Source: Eledone cirrhosa (lineage: Eukaryota). From it: DNA of 64,000 nt. Made by a program: the position numbers and the translations under genes. Location: positions 76,632,001-76,696,000 of the forward strand of contig OZ024747.1 of the NCBI GenBank assembly GCA_964016885.1. The letters run 5' to 3'. Positions 52,390-64,000 of this stretch are shown here, piece by piece. Position 1 is the stretch's first letter. Each line of letters starts with the position of its first letter. The notes below the pieces were generated by a model. It saw only the letters and a list, made by a program, of their open reading frames with translations, did no database searches and was not told the origin of the DNA.

Positions 52390-52711
52390 GAGTGTGTTTT
52401 TGTGTGTATTTACACACGCACATCTTCAACTAAAACTCCTAAAAGTTTCAGAACTGTGCACGCAAACTATATAACACTGTGCCGTGTATTCATGATCAAT
52501 AATTGGGCACGCACACACCCACACACACAGTCATACAGTCATACACACACGTAATCATACACACACACACACAGCCATACACACACACAATCATACACAT
52601 GCACTCGTACAGACACACACATATGCACACACGCTTACACATATTCATACACACACTCGTACACATAAACACCACACACACGCATATATATAATGTATGT
52701 GTAAATATATA

Positions 52712-52772
<61 letters not shown>

Positions 52773-52776
<4 letters not shown>

Positions 52777-52833
52777 GCGGTGCCCCAGCATGGCCTCAGC
52801 CCGATGGCTGGAACAGGTAAAAGAGTAAAAGAG

Positions 52834-52835
<2 letters not shown>
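52773..52835 (+). mobile_element. Retroposon 3'-tail fragment in (TA)n
   Basis: ggtgccccagcatggcc...gtaaaagagtaaaagagta, with a short tandem-repeat tail typical of LINE/SINE ends. Confidence 0.5.
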
Positions 52836-52876
<41 letters not shown>

Positions 52877-53523
52877 TAAACGGAAAAGAAAATGCTGACA
52901 AATTGTTCACAGTGAAAAATAGTTTAATTAGGAATAAGTGAAAATTAGTAATAGTATTGGTTAGTATTTATATATGTACATATATTTGTATATATATATG
53001 ACTCACCTTCTGCCTATTTTCAAATGGATTTTTATATTACTTGTTTCCTCATCGTCTGTGGATTTTATCACTCGCCATCAACAACATTTCGACTTGTAAG
53101 CTTTGCTTTACGTATTGAGTGAAAGGCGAGTTAGAAATAAGAAAACAACAACAAAACAAAACAGTCATTCTAATCTATTATAAAACTCTACTTTCACTTT
53201 CGTTATAGGAACACATAACTTGACAGTTTAGACATGTCATCGAGAGAACATGGGGATGATTGGCCTGCTAGAAATACCAATGAAATCTACCCACAATAAA
53301 ACACGGCCATTGCAAAAGATCGAATATATTGAATGATTTTGTCGCAAATTTACTTGAACAGGAATTCTGCTATGATTTAACGTACTCTGGTTAATATGTT
53401 TGTAATTTGCTCTTTTTATTTGTGTAATAGTTTGTGAGAGTGTAAGAGTTTGACATACGATGGTCTTATCCCCTGTGTGTTTTGTTTCTGTTGGCTTTGT
53501 TTTCAGAGTGTATTATTTACAAA

Positions 53524-53791
53524 CGAACTTGGGTCGATTTAATCGACTTTCCCCTCTCCCAAATTGCTGGCTTTCTGTCTAAATCTGAAACCATTATTTA
53601 CAAAGGCGGTGTATTGGCAGTATCGGTAGAGGGTCGGACACCATGCTTTGCAGCAAAGAGTTACGGCCCTTTATGGTCTGAGTTCAAATCCCGCCGAGGT
53701 TAACTTTGCCTTTCATCCTTACGGGGTCGATAAAATAAAGTACCAGTAATGTACTGGTTAATTGCTGGCATTGTGCCAAAAAGTGGAAACA
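53524..53791 (+). mobile_element. Truncated and full-length SINEs stacked at one target
   Basis: The target attatttaca is repeated at 53512, 53593 and 53792. A-box tggcagtatcgg and B-box gagttcaaatccc are present. Confidence 0.85.
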
Positions 53792-53905
53792 ATTATTTAC
53801 ATATAAGGACAGTCAGTAGTTGCTTTGCGTTAATTCTAGGTGTATTTACGTTCTGATTTAGGCGTTTAGTGGTCCTATTTGCTTCTTTACACTCACACAT
53901 ACACT

Positions 53906-53937
<32 letters not shown>

Positions 53938-53984
53938 ATGTGTATGTGCGTGTATGTGTGTGCATGTTTGCTTGCATGCATGGA

Positions 53985-54030
<46 letters not shown>

Positions 54031-54191
54031 GAGAATTAGTATATTTACCAAGATATGCGTACAGATGTACACTAATGCTAGCAAATACATAATTTTAGTA
54101 AGTAAGTTAATTTTTAATTTTTTAAATTTTCTTATTTTACGTCTTTCATATATTTATATATATATGTGTGTATGTATATATATATATATAT

Positions 54192-54294
<103 letters not shown>

Positions 54295-56391
54295 ATATAT
54301 ACATACATATATATATATATAAGCAAGTATTGCTCCAAGAAAAATAAAACGTCGGCATGAATAGATTATGTTCAGTTGCTCACCGCCTTCCCATCAGTTC
54401 AAATCACCCACAAGTGGGTGATATTACACAAGTTGGAAAAGCCTGCTCTTTAGCATAAATTGTTGATATTATTGTTCTCTTGCACAGTATTCTGCATGTG
54501 ATTTACTTTGAGGTATATTTAAAAACTATTTCTAGTAGCTTGAGCAGCTACGTAGAGTTTCAGTAATTGTTTAGTCTAGAGGGAGTTATGGGTGAAGATT
54601 GCATATCACAACATCTACTAGCTCTTCAGGCCTCATTCATTAGAATTTCACAATCAGACGGTGACAATTAAATGCGTGATTAATTAGTAAAGGAAGTATA
54701 AAGACATCAACAATTGGAAAAAATTTAGGCAAAAGGATCTCAGTATAAAAGAAAGTCGATATTGAAGACATCTGTGACGAAAGAGTTGAAAAACAAAAGC
54801 CATAAAAGAACGCCAACGAAGCTCTAAAAGGAATAATAGAAAAACATGCAATAAATGCCACAAATCTAAACTATTTGCTCTGTGATATAATTAAATCAGT
54901 GTTGAGATTGAAGAATGGCACTGAGAGAAATAGCAACAACAACAACGAACGAAACAAAAAATTGCAAAAACAGAATCACAATGAAAAGCCCAAGATTTAA
55001 AAAAAATCTTACATTCATAGAAATTCTAGACAAAAAGCAGATGGGAAGGAAAGGAGGGGGTAGAAGATAACCAAACAACATTCCAATAAGGAAGTGGAGA
55101 TTCTATAACAAAATGTTCAAGAAAGCAAACAAACATAAAATACATTGGTCTAATAAAGGCTTTAAATTCCTTAGTGCTGATAAATATTGCAAAACAACTG
55201 AACACAAACGATTTGAAATATTTAGGAAAAACATCTTCGAAAATAAGGAATCAGAAAAAATAGAAAATAGATGACCATAATCAAAACATGGAATCAGAGA
55301 AACAAAACCAGAGGAATAACAAGACAGGTGAGGCCATGAAATATTAATGTTTGAAATATGTGTGAGAAAGATATTCATCTCTCGAAATATTGGGATCGTA
55401 AAGACGAAAGTTCGGAAAAAGAGGATATGGATTTATGCATCAGATACTAATATACTGGCTATCTTTAACTGAGTGTACTCCGGTACAAGCACCCGAATAC
55501 GTTTCCGATTTAAGGATTCCTTTCGCTTTCCGACCAGCTTTGAAATCACCAGAAAACGGTCATGGACCCTGCCCTTCATCTAGATTAAGCGATAAAAATA
55601 TATCAGGGGTACCCTCACAGAGTAGATATAAAGGACGTGGGCTTTCATAGATCTTTCAACTGCTGCTACTCTCTGCTCGTCAGCTGGGAGACGGTGGCGG
55701 GAATTAAAATGAAAATATACAGAGTTTAAAGAGATGCGCAAAACATTCCATCCGACTATTTAACATTTCCACCAATTTACCACTCCTGAAATTGCAGTTC
55801 ATTCATCGATCCCGAATGGATAAAAGACAAAGTTTACCTCAGTGGGATTTGAACTCGGAGCACAGTGATCCACAACAAATACTGATACATTTAAACCATT
55901 GCTCTAACAACTCACTCTAATAATTTGCCGCCTGTGTATGGATCTGTAACTCCTGGGCGAGTCGTATTGATCTACGGCGTTTCTATGCCATTCTTTTGAA
56001 ATCTGAGAGAGCATATCTCCTCTCCGGGTCTGATTAAAGCAGATTTTTTCCAGAGAATGATAAACGGTGAGAGAAAGAAGGTGAGAAATAAATATAGAGG
56101 ATGAATCGACTCCAGAACTTCATGTTGATTTTTTATCGACCTCGAAAGGATAAAATGCAGAGTTGATCTCGGAACACAAGCAGCCGCAACAAATACTGTG
56201 ACGTTTAAGCTGTCGCTCTAACAACTTGCCCAGACAATTCGCCGTGACCCCTATTACACGCCGAATATTTAATATCATTTTGTTTGACTTTTATCAGCTA
56301 ATACCAACTAATATATATATATATATATATATAAAATGACGTAGACATTACAATACAATACATTAGAATAGGAGGGAACATAATAATAGTA

Positions 56392-56430
56392 CCACTGATG
56401 ATGTTGCAGATGTGCAACGAAAGAACTTAT
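56392..56430 (+). ncRNA. Hammerhead motif of the GAAAgaacTT family, decayed stem I
   Basis: cca-CTGATGA-tgttgca(gatg)tgcaac-GAAAgaacTT. The same element occurs on the minus strand at 62611-62900. Confidence 0.55.
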
Positions 56431-56607
56431 ATTTATATCTGTATTTTTAACCGTTGGTCAATCAATGATAAGCGTTTATTGCCAAATAAATTAACTATGG
56501 AAATATAAAAGTTACAGAAGCGAAAACCAACCAAATAGTTAGTGTGTTCTGTTATTATTTCTGGCATATATATATAGATATAGATATAGATATATATAAG
56601 AAGCTGT

Positions 56608-56672
56608 CTGATGATGTCATGGCACTGGGTACACGAAATGGTGTGGCCACTGTCATCATTGAAATATGTATC
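56608..56672 (+). ncRNA. Degenerate hammerhead motif
   Basis: CTGATGA...GAAA-tatgta-TC, then AATAAA. Stem I is decayed. Confidence 0.45.
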
Positions 56673-56697
56673 AAAGTATTATCAATAAAGGACTTTA

Positions 56698-56804
56698 TCA
56701 AATCCCGCCAAGGTTAACTTTGCCTTTCATCCTTATGGGGTCGATAAAATGAAGTACCAGTAGTGTACTAGGTAATTGCTGGCCTTGTGCCAAAAGTAGA
56801 AACA
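56698..56804 (+). mobile_element. 5'-truncated SINE with a 20-bp TSD
   Basis: attatcaataaaggacttta at 56678-56697 and 56805-56824. Confidence 0.88.
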
Positions 56805-57181
56805 ATTATCAATAAAGGACTTTAACATCTGAAACTACTTCGCATTTTCTCATTCTGTATATATATAAATACATTTTTTTTTTAATATATATATATAGGA
56901 AAATGTTTAACCCCGACGGCAGAGCTCAAGCCGTTTCAACGGCTATTTCTGGACTAAATTAGAATTTTTAGCGTGTTAAATAAATAGCCAAACTTTTCAG
57001 GGTGTAATTCCATATATGGGAAGATTGTAGTTGTCAAAAGAATTGGTCAAAATTTCTTGTAAACACCATTAAATCTTTCATGGCAGAAACCATTACAAAT
57101 AGATTAATCTCTGTTTGTTTTGCAACGTTTTCTTCAAATCAACATTATTCTTAATTTAGAATATATTTTCTATTTTATTTG

Positions 57182-57317
57182 ATTTCAAATCCCGCCGAAG
57201 TTAACTTTCCTCGTTACGGGGTCGGTAAAATATAGTACCAGTAACACACTTGGGTCGATTTAATCGACGTCACTCCTCCCCAAAAATTGTTGGCCTTGTA
57301 CCTAAATCAGAAACCAT
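57182..57317 (+). mobile_element. 5'-truncated SINE
   Basis: ttcaaatcccgccgaagttaac, core, and tail ggccttgtacctaaatcagaaaccatt. Confidence 0.75.
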
Positions 57318-57637
57318 TGTTGTTAATATTATCGTGTTATCATACAATATAATTGATATAAAGATAAATGTGAGGAAAAGTGTACATTTATTACACATAA
57401 CAACCGATATTTACCAAACAATACATTATTTAATAATCCAGGTAAGATAGGAGTAATGAGGAATAGATTTATTGGTTTGTATGTGTGTACAATATAGTCA
57501 AACTGATTATCATATTGATGTTGACGACGGTGATGATGGTAATGATGATGATGATGAGAAGGAGGAGGGGGAGGGGGTGACGACAAGGATGAGGATAACG
57601 AATACTAATGTAATATTGAGTCGTTTAATAACAACAC

Positions 57638-58044
<407 letters not shown>

Positions 58045-58283
58045 ATACAGGGAGGAAGTGAGGTGGAATTTATATGGATATTAGATGTAGCGATGATGGT
58101 GATGATGATGATGATGATGATGATGGCGACGAAAAGGCGGTGGATGAGGAGGATTACAATAATAAAATTCTGAAAGTGATAGGGAACGATCAATAACTTA
58201 TATATATAAATATATACTATATATACACACGCATATATATATATACACATACATATATATATATATACATATATGTTTACACA

Positions 58284-58320
<37 letters not shown>

Positions 58321-58326
58321 CCACAC

Positions 58327-58370
<44 letters not shown>

Positions 58371-58457
58371 TTAATCGCAAAAAAGGGAAATATACACATA
58401 AAGATACAAATGTGTTTTATATATATATGTATGTGTGTGTATCGTTATACATATATG

Positions 58458-58493
<36 letters not shown>

Positions 58494-58619
58494 GGACTAT
58501 GTTGTCTTTCTTTTTCTGCGAATGAATAAATAATTCGCTGTCTTTCCGGGTGCCATGTTTCATCCGCCTCTCATCTTTGCATTTCGTGTGATTGCATTCT
58601 AACACGCAACGAGGAAGAC

Positions 58620-58926
58620 ACAACCACCACTACCACCACAGCCACTACAACCACAACAACCACTACCACCACAACCACCACAGCCACCACAACCACTACC
58701 ACCACAACCACAACAACCACTACCACCACAACCACCACAGCCACCACAACCACTACCACCACAACCACCACAACCACCACAACCACCACAGCCACCACAA
58801 CCACCACAGCCACTACCACCACAACCACTACCACAACAACCACCACAACCACCACAGTCACTACAGCCACTACCACCACAACATCAACAACCATAACAGC
58901 AACAACAACCACAACTACAACAACAA
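58620..58926. repeat. (CAC/CAA)n degenerate microsatellite
   Basis: Direct inspection. Confidence 0.9.
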
Positions 58927-59544
58927 TGTGAAGAAATAATAGAAAAGAACAAACACACAAAATTTTTTAAAAAATAGCACAACAAAAAAGACAAAACGAT
59001 CCAAAATGAACGACAATGAATATGTATCTAAGCGACTGTTCTTACACGCATGCGTGCTGGTACGGCTCTGTTGCTATTGCGCCTGCGTGTCTTCCGTGCG
59101 CCAAGGCCTACCGGCCGATCTTGCCCTGGCACGCATGCGTGTATTGTATGCATTATGGCTATTCGTGCGAGTTTATTTCTATTGTATTTTGATCTATTTT
59201 ATTTGTTTTGTCAATGTATTTTATGTTTATACGAGTGTGGTTATTGCGTGCTCGATGTCATGTATTTCGGATAGTGTTTGTGCTGAGCGAAGTGATGAGT
59301 GTGTCAGTGTGTGTGTATGGGTGTCAGTGTGTGCGTGTGTGTGCGTCAGTGTGAGTATGTATGGGGCGTGTCAGTGTGTGTCTGTGTGTGTGTGTATGTC
59401 AGTGTGTGTGTGTCAGTGTTTCTTCTGTGTGCTTGCGCGGTTGATCGAGAGTGTGTGTAATGTAAAGTTAAACGCTTATTTGTATATGGGTTTCTGTGCG
59501 TGAATGTGTACGTGCCTGTATATGTATATGTATAAGTATATATG

Positions 59545-59579
<35 letters not shown>

Positions 59580-60323
59580 GTATATACATGTGTGTGTATA
59601 TTTATATATATATACATTACACACATACATATATATATATATACATTACATATATATATATATATATATATATATACATTACATATATCTATCTTTCTCT
59701 CTCTCTATAAACATATATATATATATGTATATGTATGTATATGTATGTATGTATGTGTATATATATATATGTTTGTTAGCGTGCGGTTATGTGAATGAAT
59801 GTCTACGCTGGTGAATGTCGTGCACCTGTGTGATCGTCAGCGTGCATGCATGTGGGAGGAAGAGCGAGCTGGTGGGGTGTGTGTGTATGTTCGTGTTTGT
59901 AGCGTAGGTTTGGATGAATCAGGTGAACTTTTCGATGTAAAGAGCAAGTAAGAAGCAGCTTAACTTGCGGTTATTTAAGCATTTTATTACGTGTCCTGCT
60001 CTCACAAAATTATTGTTCCCAATGTGCTATGTTCTTCTCTATCACTATACCTCACCCTTCTACCTCTCTTCACCCCCCCTCTTTCTGTCACCTTATTCTC
60101 CTTCATTCGTTTGCTTTTTCTCCACCCTCTCTCTCTCTCTCTCTCCACCCTCTCTCTCTCTCTCTTCCACACTATCTATCTATCGATGTGTCTCTCTATC
60201 ACTCTATCAATCTATCCATCTATCTATGTTTCTTTCTATTCATCTATATATATAAATATATATATATTTCGTTTCTGAATTTGTTTAGCAAGATTCTTTA
60301 TCTGAAAACGTGTGTTGAAACCG

Positions 60324-60829
60324 ATATTGTTATACTTTGGGAGGGTCATGTTGCCAATAAGAAACACACGCACCAGTTGCTTTCACTCCAATTTATTATA
60401 AATTAAATTTATATATTTACGAATTTATAAATTTCCGGTTGGTTGGTTCCATCACCGGACCGTTGTTCATATATTGTCAAAGTTCTTTCGTCACACATTC
60501 TATGACCTCTTCAGTGACTGGGGATTCTTCTCTTTGTTTTGTGCCTCTCCTTCGTTCTGTCCTACGCCGTCTTGAAAAACAAGATGACATAGGACAGAAC
60601 AAAGGAGAGGCACAAAACAGAGAAGAATCCCCAGTCACGAAAGAGGTCACAGAATGTGTGACGAAAGAATTTTGCCAATATATGAACAACCGGTTGTGGA
60701 ACCAACCAACCAACCGGAAATTTATAAATTCTTAAATTTATAAATTTAACTTATAATATATTGGAGTGAAAGCAACTTTGTGCGTGTGTTTCTTATTGGC
60801 AACATGACCCTCCCAAAGTATAACAATAT
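60324..60829. repeat. ~505-bp imperfect palindrome (inverted HHR-bearing element)
   Basis: Arms atattgttatactttgggagggtcatg... and ...catgaccctcccaaagtataacaatat, centred near 60576. Confidence 0.9.
60476..60518 (-). ncRNA. Type I hammerhead in a 505-bp palindromic element
   Basis: Reverse complement: gtca-CTGAAGA-ggtcat(agaatgt)gtgac-GAAAgaacTT-tgac. The mirror copy at 60634-60676 has the core mutated to CGAAAGA. Confidence 0.72.
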
Positions 60830-60865
60830 ATGCACACACACACACACACACACACACACCACACA

Positions 60866-60906
<41 letters not shown>

Positions 60907-61099
60907 ATATATATATATATATATAGTTGTTAGATGTGTAATATTAGTTACAGGTGGTACAGCAGTTTTAACACTCAATGCTATTACAAGGTTCTAGTTA
61001 TCATGTTTGGGGTTTACACCTGTATTACCAACGGAGTGTTAATAATAAGCAAACTAGAACAAAGTATTAAGATTTCATCTTATACAAATTTTATTCACA

Positions 61100-61165
61100 C
61101 ATGACACGTGTTTCGTTATCGATCACGATCAGGTCTGACTCTGTAATCGATAACTCATCAGCATG
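61100..61165 (-). ncRNA. Hammerhead motif related to 12327-12413
   Basis: Reverse complement: CTGATGA-gttatcgat...atcgataac-GAAAC(acgt)GTC, then AATAAA. It shares gattacagagtc in the stem II region with the 12.3-kb copy. Confidence 0.65.
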
Positions 61166-61574
61166 GCCAACCCTTAATCATCCATACAACATTATTTATG
61201 CATGTGGTATAGACCAGTTAATCTAGTATTTCCCTAACTCTCTCTACCAAGACAGACCGAATCACACTGTATTAGTGTTAGAACTAATTAGTACCAGAAC
61301 GTGAAAGTCACACATTTTGAAAATAGACTTTGTAAATTTCTGCATATAAGGAACTTTAATTTCCCTGCTTCAATACCGAGTGAATAAGCAAGATTGTTAA
61401 TGGCTTAATGGTGCTGAAATACTGACATATTTAGTGTTCTCAAACGGGACTGAGGTTGCTGTTACATGAACACAGTATAGAATATTAACAGCTTTACTTA
61501 AAAGTGTTTATTATATATTAACATATTGTATATACTTCCATATACTGAATCAGATTTTGTTGTCCCTTCTGTAT

Positions 61575-61621
<47 letters not shown>

Positions 61622-61654
61622 AAGAAATTAAAAGATGGTTAAAAAAAATCCATG

Positions 61655-61725
61655 TATTTTATTATGCGCATTTCAAAAACGAATATCATCCAGGTACGAT
61701 ATTTGCGTTCTCATCAGATAAAATA
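61655..61725 (-). ncRNA. Type I hammerhead, same family as 11976
   Basis: Reverse complement: tattttat-CTGATGA-gaacgcaaatatcgt..atgatattcgttttt-GAAA-tgcgca-TA-ataaaata. Confidence 0.78.
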
Positions 61726-61779
61726 GGGAGACATGATATGAAGCTTAAAAAAAAACACTTGTGAGCAAGGTAGTGTCTA

Positions 61780-61835
<56 letters not shown>

Positions 61836-61995
61836 ATAATAATAAATTTGAAGACTAAAATCCAAAGAGGGTTCGATAAGGATAAATATATATCAAATAT
61901 ATAAGAACCCGTTAAGGGTGAAAGCACCGATTCTTTGCTTAAAAACTTTAATCTGTTATTTTAATAAATATATATATACATATATATACATATAT

Positions 61996-62044
<49 letters not shown>

Positions 62045-62308
62045 GTGAGTAATATTGTAGAACAATAAAACTATGCATATATCAGATTAGTACCACTCAA
62101 CAGTTGGTAGAACTGGAGTATATATGATAAAGAAAAAATTTAAAGATGGTTAAAAGAGTTCAATATATTTTGTTATGCGCATTTCGAATACAAAATCATC
62201 CTGGGACAAAATAACTTAACGGTTCAAGTTTTTCCTGGATAGGAAAAAAAACTTGAACCATTAAGTTAATTTTTCCTGGTTATGTCAATATTTATAAAAC
62301 AAACTTTG

Positions 62309-62369
62309 TATTTTATCTGATGAGAGCGTACCAAAGTTTTGGTACCCTTGAAATATATATAATAGAATA
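62309..62369 (+). ncRNA. Type I hammerhead, same family as 26688
   Basis: tattttat-CTGATGA-gagcgtaccaaa(gt)tttggtaccctt-GAAA-tatata-TA-atagaata. Confidence 0.78.
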
Positions 62370-62505
62370 AATATGGTTTTATAAATATAGTTTCCATTTA
62401 TTTAATATCATTGAATATTATACTCCAGAAAACTTGTCGAGTGCTTTGAATCAGTTATAAACATCTATATTTGTTGAATTACCAACAAATTGAATATCCA
62501 TTTTG

Positions 62506-62563
<58 letters not shown>

Positions 62564-62831
62564 TAATTATATATATAAAAATATATATATATATTCATAT
62601 AAATATATATATAAATGAAATCGTGTGTCGAAACAAATATTGTTATACTTTGGGAGGGTCATATTGTTGTAATAATATTGCCAGAAATAATAACAGAACA
62701 CACTCACTGTTTGGTTGGTTTTCGCTTCTGTATCTTTTATATTTCCACAGTTAATTCATTTTGTCCTCAATGTTTATCATTGACTGACCAACGATCAAAA
62801 ATATAGATATAAATACATATATATATAGTCT

Positions 62832-62872
62832 AACAAAGTTCTTTCGTTGCACATCTGCAGCATCATCAGTGG
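62832..62872 (-). ncRNA. Hammerhead motif of the GAAAgaacTT family
   Basis: Reverse complement: acca-CTGATGA-tgctgca(gatg)tgcaac-GAAAgaacTT-tgtt. Confidence 0.55.
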
Positions 62873-62895
62873 TACTATTATGTTCCTCCTGTTGT

Positions 62896-62978
<83 letters not shown>

Positions 62979-63578
62979 CTACTTGTGTCTGTGTACATGA
63001 ATGCTTGCATATATATAAATGTAAGTACAGTGCAGATTTGTGGCAGAATGTATGTGTGCATTAACATGTTTGTTTGTATATGTTTGTGTATATATATATA
63101 TATATATATGTGTGAGTGTGTGTGAGTATTTTTATACAGGCGTATGTATGTACGTTACATATCTACGAATGTATGTGTACATTAACATGTTTGTTTGTAT
63201 GTTTATGTATGTATGTTTATGTATGTATATATATATATATGTGTGTGTGCGTGTTAGTACATACCCAAGTGTACGTTATGAGTATTTCTATACAGACTTA
63301 TGTACGTTACATACCTACATCCCACATAGTCAAGTCAGCAATCTTCAACAATACGAATATTATTGCGACTCTCTGCAGTCAACACTATAATTACACAAAC
63401 CGTAATGAAACACTCGATACACGATTCTTCCTTGTTACAATTGTTGCTGATAGCTATGGCAATCATATCTATAGTTCACTTTTCTCAAGTGAATAGGAAT
63501 ACGGTTTATCATCTCAAATACTTACTACACTCCTATTATCATTTTTTTTTTCACATTCAGGAAAAACATTCACACAAA

Positions 63579-63665
<87 letters not shown>

Positions 63666-63669
63666 GTAT

Positions 63670-63719
<50 letters not shown>

Positions 63720-63727
63720 ATATACAT

Positions 63728-63769
<42 letters not shown>

Positions 63770-63819
63770 CATTTATTTATATATATATTTATGTATATAT
63801 ATATACATATATATATATT

Positions 63820-63850
<31 letters not shown>

Positions 63851-63873
63851 TTATACATATATATCTAGTTAGG

Positions 63874-63946
<73 letters not shown>

Positions 63947-64000
63947 ACCCTTCCCCTTTCCTCTTTCTTTCCTTCTGTATGTGTAAAGTGTGTGCAAGTG

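Noticed and set aside
54640-55400. A-rich, coding-like stretch (similar ones at 14150-14420 and 22930-23280)
   Set aside because: It may be decayed retroelement ORF, but there are many stops and no motif I can identify.

Overview
This is AT-rich, microsatellite-dense eukaryotic DNA. The repeat style suggests a cephalopod, probably octopus (inference). No confident host protein-coding gene is present. The window holds two related Tx1/L1-clade non-LTR retrotransposons: a full-length, intact copy at 39698-45727 (+) in an (ATT)n tract, and a 5'-truncated copy at 7439-11872 (-) with a 19-bp target-site duplication (TSD). It also holds many tRNA-derived SINEs, some mariner/pogo-like MITEs and several minisatellites. 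The most striking feature is a 6.76-kb array of near-identical 468-bp units at 27139-33897, arranged as two inverted arms and inserted in (TA)n. Each unit carries a complete type I hammerhead ribozyme (HHR), 14 in total, so it resembles a retrozyme (circular-RNA retroelement) insertion. About 15 further hammerhead motifs, complete or decayed, lie in short, often fold-back, Penelope-pLTR-like elements, most of them strung along (TA)n tracts. All structures were read by eye; no folding or homology search was run.
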